Below, one piece after another: positions 21,650-31,084 of a stretch of DNA of 33,520 nt. The position numbers and the translations under genes were made by a program. The first letter of the stretch is position 1. Each line of letters starts with the position of its first letter. Source of the DNA: Octopus bimaculoides (taxonomy: Eukaryota); contig NC_068984.1 of assembly GCF_001194135.2 (NCBI RefSeq), forward strand, positions 8,988,371 through 9,021,890, written 5' to 3'. Under the pieces are notes generated by a model. That model was not told where the DNA came from. It was given only the letters and a program-made list of their open reading frames with translations, and ran no database searches.

Positions 21650-21712
21650 GATAGATAGACAGACAGGAAGACAGACAGACAGGAAGACAGACAGACAGAC
21701 AGACAGACAGAG
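21650..21712. repeat. (GATA)n/(GACA)n microsatellite
   Basis: Direct tetranucleotide repeats. Confidence 0.9.
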
Positions 21713-22021
21713 CGATAAATAGATTTTTGCCCTTTCTACTAGATATGAGTCTCTAAGTAATTTTTTTAATATTGTTCTGTAGGATCGTGACCAAAACAGC
21801 TGTAATTCTTTGATTTTCCCCAATGCAAATGGTTGGACTCTAACCGCAAGGCTACACACTCTCCAGATGGCAGCACTTTACCTACATGGAGTTATATTTC
21901 TATCTCCTGATACTGCAATATTGACGATGTTTGTAACAATTTAGTGATGCCTTTAAATCCATACAGATATGTGTGTATGTGTGCGCGGCGCACATGTGTT
22001 TATGTATATATCCCTATGTAC

Positions 22022-22055
<34 letters not shown>

Positions 22056-22155
22056 CTGTGTGTGTGTAGGGGGGGGGGGGTTATGTAGTCATTTATACAT
22101 ATATATGTATTTTACGTATTATATATATATATACGCGTGTGTATGTGTGTGCGTG

Positions 22156-22191
<36 letters not shown>

Positions 22192-22270
22192 GTCGGAAAA
22201 AAAAAAAGTCACTTCATATTCTCTGGATGCCGTTAGCTTTTCATTAAGTAGCTTTATTCTTATGGATTAC

Positions 22271-22448
22271 TTTGACTATCTCTTGTTGAGATAAGAGATA
22301 CGATACAATGCAGCCTTCCGCTTCTTCAATTTTCTGGGTTTTCAAGTATGGCTGCCGTTTAAATTCTTGAAGTATCTTATCACGCTTCTCTACATTTTCA
22401 TAGCATATGATTTGAAGTGGGCATTTTTCCCCAGTACATATAGCTTTG
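22271..22448 (-). CDS. Candidate main coding exon (178 nt, phase 2-0; alternative acceptor at 22473)
   Basis: Lies in the non-repetitive ORF 22244-22483; acceptor AATTTTGATTCTCAG, donor AAA|GTAATC; reads KAICTGEKCPLQIICYENVEKRDKILQEFKRQPYLKTQKIEEAEGCIVSYLLSQQEIVK. Product not recognised. Confidence 0.55.
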
Positions 22449-22555
22449 CTGAGAATCAAAATTTCGATTTCATCTGTATTCATTTTGTTTTGTTTTCGTT
22501 TATTAAGCTTATTAATCTATACTTGTAATCTACTTTCGTTTAGAAATATGCATAC

Positions 22556-22566
22556 CTAAGATTTTC
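22556..22566 (-). CDS. Candidate 11-nt microexon (GAAAATCTTAG)
   Basis: Acceptor ACTAATATCATATATACAG, donor TAG|GTATGC; flanking introns of 69 and 107 nt. Confidence 0.4.
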
Positions 22567-22635
22567 CTGTATATATGATATTAGTTATTTAGATTGAGTA
22601 GTCGGATAAATTTGGTCGTTTTTTAGTTTTCCTAC

Positions 22636-22659
22636 TTGGTGTATTCCATCGTTATATGT
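22636..22659 (-). CDS. Candidate 24-nt microexon
   Basis: Acceptor TTTTACTTCTTCTCAG, donor CAA|GTAGGA; reads TYNDGIHQ (or HITMEYT in another frame). Confidence 0.45.
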
Positions 22660-22778
22660 CTGAGAAGAAGTAAAATTTATTCAAATTTCAGAAACGATAA
22701 ATAAACAAATATTGTAGAAGAATAGTGCAAAACAAAAAATCGAATAACAAAATGTACTACGATAAAAATATTTAGGGC

Positions 22779-23372
22779 ACAGGCGTGACTGTGTGGTAAG
22801 AAGCTTGCTTCCGAACCACATGTTTTCGGGTTCAGTCTCACTGTGTGCCAACTTAGGCGAGTGTCTTTTACTATATCTTCGGGCTGATCTAAGCCTCGTG
22901 AGTGGATCTGGTTGACGGAAACTGAAAGAAGTAACCCTTTCTGTCGAAGAGGAGCGTAGGCTCGAAACGTCAAAAACATTTTCCATTTTCCCAGAGCGTC
23001 AAATTAATATACTTGCTTGTTCCGTCACCTGTCTTCTTCCTTTGTTTTCTGTAAGTTTGAACTATATATATATATGTGTGTGTGTGTGTGTATGTGTGTG
23101 TATGTGTGTGGGTGTGTGTGTATGTGAGTGTGTGTGTGTGTGTGTGTGTGTATTTGTCCCCTACCGCCTCTTGACTCCTGGTGTTAATGTGTTCCGGTCC
23201 TCGTTACCTGGCGGTTCTGCAAAGAAACTGATAGAATAATTATCAGGCTAAAAAAGAAACATTAAAATAAAGAGAAGTACTGCAGTTGATTCGTTTGATC
23301 AAAATTCTTTATGGCGGTGCCCCAGCATGGCTGCAATCTAACGACTGAAACCAGTAAGACTGTAAAAAGAAA
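22779..23372 (+). mobile_element. SINE family B, full length, interrupted by a Penelope-like fragment
   Basis: Head 22779-22935, insert about 22937-23062, microsatellite 23063-23152, tail 23153-23372. Confidence 0.85.
22937..23062 (+). mobile_element. Penelope-like terminal fragment with a decayed hammerhead-like motif
   Basis: CTTT-CTGTCGA-AGAG-GAGC GTAG GCTC-GAAA-CGT-C-AAAA; 3' part matches 1244-1295. PLE assignment is inferred from the motif. Confidence 0.45.
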
Positions 23373-23884
23373 AGAAAGGTGTTAATTCCAATAACATAGA
23401 AAAAAATTAGGAAAAACGTGAACGAACTTATCTGATCAAATATTGACAACATTCTTTCTTTTTTATATACCTAGAAAAAAAAATAAAATAAAATAACTTA
23501 TATCAACATTAGGTTATCATACCACCACCATGATTATCGTATCACCACCATCTTTATCGTATCTAGTGATACTATGTTTACAACGATTTCTTTTTTTTAA
23601 TATCTTGAATGCTGTATAGTGGTGACATCACATGACTAAATTGCATGACTGGAGTGCCACTCGTTCATTCAAACTCAATTGGAGTGAGTGATAACTGAAT
23701 TATTTACTGTTTAAAACAACTAACTTTTATATTAAGACTCTTTTATAGTCTCCATCTCGAATTAGGAGCTTATTATCCTATTTTCTAATCGCTAGATTCA
23801 GCTCAGTGGCATGGCTATATTATTTAGGACAACTAATGAGATATCGCAAAGCAATGGAAACACAGAAGCTTTGTTGCACATCTA

Positions 23885-24252
23885 TTTGTTATTTGTTTCA
23901 GCCATTACACTGCCGCCACGCTGGGGCACGGCCAGAGAGAATTTTTGTCGAATAAATTAACTCCAGTATTTATTATATATATATATATATATATATNNNN
24001 NNNNNNNNNNNNNNNNNNNNNNNNNNNNNNNNNNNNNNNNNNNNNNNNNNNNNNNNNNNNNNNNNNNNNNNNNNNNNNNNNNNNNNNNNNNNNNNNNNNN
24101 NNNNNNNNNNNNNNNNNNNNNNNNNNNNNNNNNNNNNNNNNNNNNNNNNNNNNCAATACATCAACGTCGGTTGGACAAGTGCTGTTGGAAAGTGCTGTTG
24201 GACAAAGAGACAGAAAAACACACATACACACACACGCACACACACACACACG

Positions 24253-24291
<39 letters not shown>

Positions 24292-24520
24292 TATAGAAGG
24301 AGCACTCCGTCGGTTACGACGGCGAGGTTCTCAGCTGATACAATCAACGGAACAGCTTGCTCATGAACCATTGACGTAGTTCTCAAGGAGATTCAGCGTG
24401 ACGCAGAGTGTGAAAAGACTGGCCCTTTGAAATAAAAGTACTACTCATTTTTGCCACGCAGTGGGACTGAACCCCGAACCATGTTGTTGCGAGGTAAACT
24501 TCTTACCACACAACCACGCC
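23885..24520 (-). mobile_element. Composite SINE: family B head, family D 3' half, microsatellite, family B tail (split by a gap)
   Basis: B head 24455-24520; D segment 24297-24455 (GCACTCCGTCGGTTACGAC...GTACTACTCATTTTTGCCA); B tail remnants 23885-23975 and 24154-24215. Confidence 0.75.
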
Positions 24521-24529
24521 TGGTATTTA

Positions 24530-24655
24530 TTTAATCGGCCCTGGAGGGGTTAAGATAACAAAGAACGGGTAATATTTGAATTCAGTGTATGAAGACACTT
24601 AACTGAATACGTGGCATTTTGTTCGACGCTCCAATAATTCTACCAATCCGCCGTC
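24530..24655 (-). mobile_element. Highly diverged SINE family A head
   Basis: ATTTGAATTCAG...GGCATTTTGTTCGACGCTCCAATAATTCTACCAATCCGCCG resembles the reverse complement of the family A head. Confidence 0.5.
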
Positions 24656-25161
24656 TTTTGTTAATGTTCTATTAATCAATTATTTTTTTTTTCTCAATGT
24701 CTTCGTACTCAATCAGATTTTTCAAAATTTATTTATCTTTGTTGTTTTCAAGTTAAGCTATTGTAGTGATGTTGTTCTCGTGTAGCTCTTATTAATGGAA
24801 CACAAGTTTCTTGGAGATTTCTCCATTATACATTATTTTTTCAAGTACATTAACATTGTCGTCACTTTTTTTTTTAAATTTAATATAGATTCCAATGTAT
24901 TCTACTGTCTTATATGTCAAATATCGATTGTCTTACATAATTTCGTTCCTACACATTTATAAAAATGTTTTTAAAAAATTCCTCAACACTATTCATGTCT
25001 GTTCCATTATATCAGACCAAACTTAAAGTCATTAAATTCACAGGAGTAGGCCTGCGTTTGCGGCTGAGAAGAACGCTTCACAAACACTTGCTATTAGTTT
25101 TGATATCAACACAGAAAGTTTGCAGAGAGACTTCAACCATGAGTTCTGTTTGCCCAGCATA

Positions 25162-25221
25162 CGTACATACATACATACATACATACATACATACATACAT
25201 ACATACATACATACATACATA
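25162..25221. repeat. (TACA)n microsatellite
   Basis: Direct repeat. Confidence 0.95.
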
Positions 25222-25400
25222 CGAGGGGGTGCTGAAGACTTCGTGGCTTTGGGTAAAAGAAAATACAGGAGGATCAGTTAATTATAATTTTAGCCAACAT
25301 ATTCCCCTCTGAGATTCACAAACTTATAGCAGGGGTCCTACAGTTTTTCTAAACCCTGTTTAAAACCTTGGAAGGTTACTCCTGTAGCCTGGCCTTTCGC
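25222..25400 (-). mobile_element. Mariner 3' end (TIR plus transposase C-terminus remnant)
   Basis: TA + CGAGGGGGTGCTGAAGACTTC TIR-like end; minus strand ...TATAAGTTTGTGAATCTCAGAGGGGAATATGTTGG encodes a KFVNLRGEYV remnant like the mariner C-terminal 'C(V/I)xxxGxYVE'. Confidence 0.75.
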
Positions 25401-25410
25401 AACACGCACG

Positions 25411-25494
<84 letters not shown>

Positions 25495-26064
25495 AATATA
25501 TATATATAANNNNNNNNNNNNNNNNNNNNNNNNNNNNNNNNNNNNNNNNNNNNNNNNNNNNNNNNNNNNNNNNNNNNNNNNNNNNNNNNNNNNNNNNNNN
25601 NNNNNNNNNNNNNNNNNNNNNNNNNNNNNNNNNNNNNNNNNNNNNNNNNNNNNNNNNNNNNNNNNNNNNNNNNNNNNNNNNNNNNNNNNNNNNNNNNNNN
25701 NNNNNNNNNNNNNNNNNNNNNNNNNNNNNNNNNNNNNNNNNNNNNNNNNNNNNNTATATACATTATACACATACACACTTTTACTCATTTTTTAAAAGAA
25801 ATTTTAGCTTCTTTACAAGAAACTTCTATAATTTTTCATGTTCTTTTCGGTCATCTTATTTACATTTTTTTGCTGTTTTCTTTATTTGTAATTCTCTGAG
25901 AAATGCCGATTGTCGTTTTTGTTGATCTTACTGTTGTTTATTCTCGGTTCAATTCTGATCAAACAGACTCATGATGAAGTGTATGCCACCTGTAATTATC
26001 TTGTCTTTAGTTAAGATTCCTGGCTTTCGTTTCCCGCTAAGGGAAAACAAATATCTTACGTTGT

Positions 26065-26490
26065 TGCATGGTTAAGAAGCTTTCTTTTCAATCACGTGCT
26101 TTTGGCTTCAGTCCCACTTCATGGCACATGGAGCAAGTGTCTTCTATTATAGCCTCGTGCCAACCAATTTCTTGGATTCAATTTGGTACGTTTATTGTAC
26201 ATATGTGTATATAAGTGTGTATGTGAATGCAAACGTGTGTGTGTGTTTGTGTGTGTCTGCGTGCGTGTGAGTCTCATTGCATGTGCTTGTACCCCTCGGC
26301 TTGACAACCGATGCTGGTTTATTTACATCTCCGTAACTTAGCGGTCCGTCAAAAAGTGATTGATAGAATAAATACCGGACAAAAAGGAAAGCAAAAAAAC
26401 AAAGGAAAAATCATAAGTACAAGTGTTGATTTGTTCGGCTAAATCTTTCCAAAGTCATTACCAGTCATGGCCGCAGTCTAATGATCGTGA
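26065..26490 (+). mobile_element. SINE family B, full length, diverged
   Basis: Head GGTTAAGAAGC...GGCTTCAGTCCCAC...GAGCAAGTGTCTTCTATTATAGCCTCG, microsatellite, tail GCTTGACAACCGATGCTGG...CATGGCCGCAGTCTAATGA. Confidence 0.85.
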
Positions 26491-26861
26491 CGGCTCAATG
26501 CGAAAAGATGAAGATTTTAGACGCTACTCGTTGCAAGTGCATCCTTTTTTTTTTTTTCTCTTTTACTCTCAAGATTGACAAATCTCTGAGAACTTTTAAC
26601 AGATCAAAGATCAAGATGATCACTAAGAGGTTGCGTCAGTTCTCAATTTCTTAACGATTAGAGAAGTAAAGTCATCCATTTTCGTTCTCTTAGAAAAACA
26701 AAATGAAAAACGACGACCATAGTAAACACTCTTGCTTCTGAATCAGAAAATAAAACCGAAAAACCGAAAAGTATCAGCTGATTATTCACGTGAAGTCTAC
26801 GCCTTTATATTAACCCTATTTAATCCCAGAGATTACAATCGGTTGAACCTATTAACCTTAC

Positions 26862-26867
26862 GAATAT
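26862..26867 (-). CDS. Candidate 6-nt microexon (ATATTC)
   Basis: Acceptor CTTCGTGCCTTGTTTTGTTATCAG, donor TTC|GTAAGG. Confidence 0.4.
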
Positions 26868-26994
26868 CTGATAACAAAACAAGGCACGAAGAGACTAAAT
26901 TCAAAATATTATCATATCAATATTTTTCTTCCATCGCTTCATTGTTAATATAACAAACCAATAATTGGTTTTAGATTATTATTTCGTCTTAAGG

Positions 26995-27125
26995 TAATGT
27001 TGTTATTGTTGTTGTTGTGGTTGTTGTTGCTGTTGTTGTTATTGGTGTCGTCATCGTTGTTGTTGTTGTGTTTGTTTTTGGTGACGAGGGTGATTATGAT
27101 GATGATGATGATGATGGTGGTGGTA
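26995..27125. repeat. (GTT)/(GAT) trinucleotide mosaic
   Basis: Direct repeats. Confidence 0.85.
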
Positions 27126-27197
27126 ATATTGTCATTATTGTTTGATATTCTCAACATCCACCGAAATCGTTTTGTTCTCTTCGCAATGTTTAATTTA

Positions 27198-27218
27198 CAA
27201 CTTCAATCATGAGATACA
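27198..27218 (-). CDS. Candidate 21-nt microexon (MYLMIEV)
   Basis: Acceptor AACTATTTTCTTTCAG, donor GTT|GTAAAT (moderate); only the phase-0 frame is open. Confidence 0.35.
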
Positions 27219-27306
27219 TCTGAAAGAAAATAGTTTTATACTATCAGAGTGCAACAATAATAACTGAAACAACAACAGCAGCAGCAGTAGCAACAGCAAT
27301 AGCACC

Positions 27307-27340
<34 letters not shown>

Positions 27341-27549
27341 AGAGAGCGAAGTGAGAGGAGTGAGCCAAATTATCACAATAGAAAAATATATGAAAGCAGT
27401 CAGTTAAAACTCATTGCATAAAGAGCAGGAGAAAAAAACGTAACACATGACAAATGCAATAATAGAGATTTGACCGAATTTATGCGTCGGATGAGGTCTC
27501 TGATGTAGTTTATTCATCTTGTGTAAAATAGAATTGACGCGTTGCTGTT

Positions 27550-27725
27550 GATGTTTAGCCTTTGGTCAAATGTCTTTGAGCCAACTAATGATCGAAAGCA
27601 ATCTAACCATGCCCATCCTGTCCTTTTAAGTATATCTAAAACTACTTTTATTTAAGATGACGGAATTTATAATTTGAAGAAGATTTGGCTGTTATTTATA
27701 GCAAGTCGCATAACCTCATAGAAGC
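27550..27725 (+). repeat. Old interspersed repeat (family F), unclassified
   Basis: TTTAGCC...GGTCA...ATGATC...CCATCCTGTCC...GAAGATTTGGCTGTTATTTATAGCA; related pieces at 3285-3695, 6250-6320 and 33200-33340. Confidence 0.5.
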
Positions 27726-27729
27726 TTAC

Positions 27730-27769
27730 CGAGCTCACGAGATTGCTCGTATTGTTTGTCATTTTCCAG
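27730..27769 (-). CDS. Candidate 40-nt exon
   Basis: Acceptor TTTCAAATTCATTTTCAG, donor TCG|GTAAGC; two open frames (WKMTNNTSNLVSS or LENDKQYEQSREL). Confidence 0.45.
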
Positions 27770-28242
27770 CTGAAAATGAATTTGAAATATAAGACCAGTG
27801 TTAAGAGAGTTCCATAATTTTTCCAGAGTGACATTCGATTGTATATAAAATACAGTATCTATTAACTTTCGTCAGGTAAGTGAGGTTTTCATAGACATTA
27901 TTAGAGACGGAGAGATCTAGATGTACAATCATACATGGGTTCAATTTAAACGTAATATTTTGGATTGTTTCCTTGTTCGAAGTCTTGTAAACAAGTTTTT
28001 GCCGCGTAATCAGAAAATATGGAATGTTTCAGAACTTGAAAAACTGTTATCGTATTTCTCAGTTATGTAAGCCTTATTGTAGAATTTAGATATCCATATT
28101 TGCCCTTCTTGATTTCCGAATCCTTTTGGTGTAAACTGATTAGCTGGGGGATGTGGTCAGTTTTATAGATTCTTTCTTATTCTTTAACATGATTAACGAA
28201 AAATAAAAGCGTTAATAGAGAATTGACGTTTTAAATTCTCAC

Positions 28243-28248
28243 TTATAA
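28243..28248 (-). CDS. Candidate 6-nt microexon (TTATAA)
   Basis: Acceptor CATTCTAATACTCTGCAG with a CTAAT branch-like motif, donor TAA|GTGAGA. Confidence 0.3.
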   Translation of the reverse strand, partial: L

Positions 28249-28384
28249 CTGCAGAGTATTAGAATGCGGCACAGGTTTATATCAATGCACGAGACAAATG
28301 ATCAAGTTATGACGGATACGTTTGAGTTGTCATGCGATCTAAAGATGAAAAGCTCTAAAACTGACCCTAAGTACAAGTATTGTT

Positions 28385-28577
28385 GTGACCCCCTTCGGTC
28401 ATAATGACCATGGGATTGCACCTAGAAAGTTACCCTCCGAGGCACCAGTCTGGACAAGGTTGGAAGACCAGAAGTTGCCCATGCATACTAGCCTCCCTTC
28501 TCCACACCACTGATGTTATCCAAGGGAAAAGCAAAGGGGCCGATACAGCTTGGCACCAGTGACGTCACAGCTCATTT
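28385..28577 (-). mobile_element. 3' half of a further SINE-like family (E)
   Basis: GACCATGGGATTGCACCTAGAAAGTTACCCTCCGAGGCA...GATACAGCTTGGCACCAGTGACGTC; recognised from recall as a common octopus repeat, single copy here. Confidence 0.55.
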
Positions 28578-28840
28578 ATTAACGAGCAAGTGGCTGAGCA
28601 CTCCACAGACACGTGTACCATTAACGGGGAGATTCAGCTGACCCTTTGAGATACAGATGCAACAGAAACAGGAAGAAAGAGTGAGAGGAAGCAGGGTTCG
28701 TCACCATCCCCTGCCGGAGCCTCGTAGAGCTTTAGGTGTTTTCGCTCAATAAACACTCACAATGCCCGGTCTGGAATCGAAACCGCGACACTACGACCGA
28801 GAGTCCGCTGCCCTAACCACTGGGCCATTGCTCCTTCACA
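28577..28840 (-). mobile_element. SINE family C with internal deletions, 3' end fused to family E
   Basis: Head and body match 29968-30345 (CGCTGCCCTAACCACTGGGCCAT; AACAGAAACAGGAAGAAAGAG), with several internal segments missing. Confidence 0.85.
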
Positions 28841-28885
28841 AATGAAAGTATACTGTGAGTGTATATAATCATATTATCTAACTAC

Positions 28886-28991
28886 GACTTCAATTGTTGA
28901 AATTGTTTCTTGATTCAGAATATATAATTCTGAGGGCATTTCGTCGCCTTTGAATTTCTCAGTTTTAGAATGTCCAATGTCGTCTAGCGCG
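28886..28991 (-). CDS. Candidate exon (106 nt, phase 2-0)
   Basis: Strong acceptor CTCTTGTTTTTATGCTCATCCCAATTATAG; open frame ALDDIGHSKTEKFKGDEMPSELYILNQETISTIEV; weak donor GTC|GTAGTT. Confidence 0.35.
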
Positions 28992-29480
28992 CTATAATTG
29001 GGATGAGCATAAAAACAAGAGCAAACGTTTGCGTGAAAGTTAAAATCAATTGAATCGATCGCACTCCTTTGAAGTGTGACTCATCTGACGGAAGAAAATG
29101 TAAAGTCTATCCCAGGGAGATTTGAACTTACGGTGAAACATTTCAAACAAAGTAGGACAAAGCAGTTTTTTTTCAGACGGGACAAAAAATCTTCTATCCA
29201 CTATCGATCGTTCCTTTGGGTCATAACAATAACCGTAATTTATTGTCATCTCCAGTAAACTTCATTTCACTGAATCAGTGTACGGCATCTGTAAATTTTT
29301 AAAGTTCTTTTACAAAAGCCGAGAAGATATTATTTTCATTATCTTTTGTCGAAATATTAGCTACCTTTCTCATATCATTGTGCAAAATAATGTACATCAA
29401 CAATACACCAAATACACAGCGAATGCAAGGTCATACAGTACTTGTATAAATGTATCATTCACAGTGGTTTAATTCCATAC

Positions 29481-29571
29481 ATCAGCCGGTAAATCTACGC
29501 GGGAATATGTACGTCTATTCAGTGTTAACAAAGGCATCCATGGAGCAGTGTCTCCACACACATCGTGCATA
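29481..29571 (-). CDS. Candidate exon (91 nt, phase 2-0)
   Basis: Acceptor CTAATATTCTTCAAAAG, donor GAT|GTATGG; open frame MHDVCGDTAPWMPLLTLNRRTYSRVDLPAD. Confidence 0.3.
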
Positions 29572-29967
29572 CTTTTGAAGAATATTAGTACAAAATATTC
29601 CACTAGTTCAAATTCAATAAATGTTTGTTGCTTTATTCATTGGAAGATAGATTTGTAATAGAAAAATATTGCTTTTGTTTTCTGCTTTTCTTTTTTTGTT
29701 TTTATATTTGTATGTAAACATTCGAAGGAAACAATTGCTAAAAGACAAACAAATATTGGTAAATAGACAGAAGAATGTAAATATCTTAGTATGAAAGAAA
29801 ATAACTAAAAACATTTGGTATGCACTAACTGCTACATAACATTTCATTTATATAAATACAAATGTAAGTTGATGTATAGGAAGGGGATCATATGTGAGTA
29901 TACGTATATATGTGTGTATGAATGTATGTATAAAGATAATTTGTTCACTCTTGTTCTTAGTTCTCTT

Positions 29968-30345
29968 ACTACGGGCTTCCGCCGGTTACCACGACGAGGG
30001 TTCTAGTTGATTCGATCAACGGAACAGCTTGCTCGTGCAATTAACATGCAAGTGGCTGAGCACTCCGCAGACATGTGTACCCTTTAACGTAGTTCTCGGG
30101 GGGATTCGGCGTGGCACAGAGTGTGACAAGGTTGGCCCCTTTGAAATACAGGTACAATAGAAACAGGAAGAAAGAGCGAGAGAAAGTTGTGGTGAAAGAG
30201 TACAGCAGGGTTCGCACCCCCTCCCCCGACGATGCTTCGTGAAGCTTTTAAGTGTTTTCGCTCAGAACGCCCGGTCAGGGAAACGAAACCGTGATCCTAT
30301 GATCGCTGGTCCGCTGCCCTAAACACTGGGCCATAGCGTCTCCAC
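29968..30345 (-). mobile_element. SINE family C (OR1/OR2-like), near full length
   Basis: Minus-strand tRNA-like head GGAGACGCTATGGCCCAGTGTTTAGGGCAGCGGACC...GGTTTCGTTTCCC; 3' half shared with family D. Confidence 0.9.
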
Positions 30346-30354
30346 AGTTCTTTT

Positions 30355-30432
30355 ACTGCTACAACTGTGAATGCTAATACTGCTTCTACTACTGCTACCA
30401 CCACCACCATCTCTACCACTACTACTACTACT

Positions 30433-30463
<31 letters not shown>

Positions 30464-30520
30464 ATGTTGTTATTTCTACTGCTTCGACGATGACGTTTGC
30501 TACAACTGTGTGTGTGTGTG
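30355..30520. repeat. (CTA/CTG/GAT)n mosaic plus (TG)n
   Basis: Direct repeats. Confidence 0.85.
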
Positions 30521-31084
30521 TGTTTCCGTCTACCAAATCCACTTACAAGGCCTTATATATGCAAAAAGTGAGAGAGTGAGTGGCGATAAATACAATATAA
30601 TGGAATCTGAGAAGCATGATATGTATCTGCTTCGTCAAAGTTACAGTTGATGGTGTCATACTTAGATTAGTATATTGACGTAAAGGGAGTTTCCAAAGGC
30701 TGAATTTTGGTCATGGGAGACGTGCCATAGTAGAGAATGAGAGAAAAGAGCAAAAACTCATGATTGTGAAGTTATTCAATCGTGATTACTGTATTTTCAG
30801 AATGACACGAAGTGACTGAAAGGCAGAGAGGAATTGGTGACGGTCAGTTGCAGGGAAAATATGGAGGAAAAATTTCGAGGCTCATAAAATAGGAAGTAAT
30901 AATCAGAAAACGGCATAGTATGGGGTTTTTTCTGGCAAGATCAGTGATTCTAACAAGGACCATTCCATACGCATTTGGGATCAAATATATAAATAACACT
31001 TTTCCATCGATTTCCAGGACTCATACGAACGGTTACCCGGTGTCCATGGTTACCCTCTTGAATGTGACGTGGTCGAAGCAAGAG

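Noticed and set aside
22271-22483. Resemblance of the main exon peptide to small-GTPase or TIR folds
   Set aside because: No P-loop or other diagnostic motif; the similarity is impressionistic and needs an HMM or structure search.
27827-27875. Plus-strand segment with a perfect CAG|GTAAGT donor
   Set aside because: Stops in all three frames and no partner exons; it also shows that strong splice-like sites occur by chance here.
30630-30715. Possible ancient RT motif (GVSKG*ILV resembling GVPQGSILG)
   Set aside because: Too short and degenerate to call.
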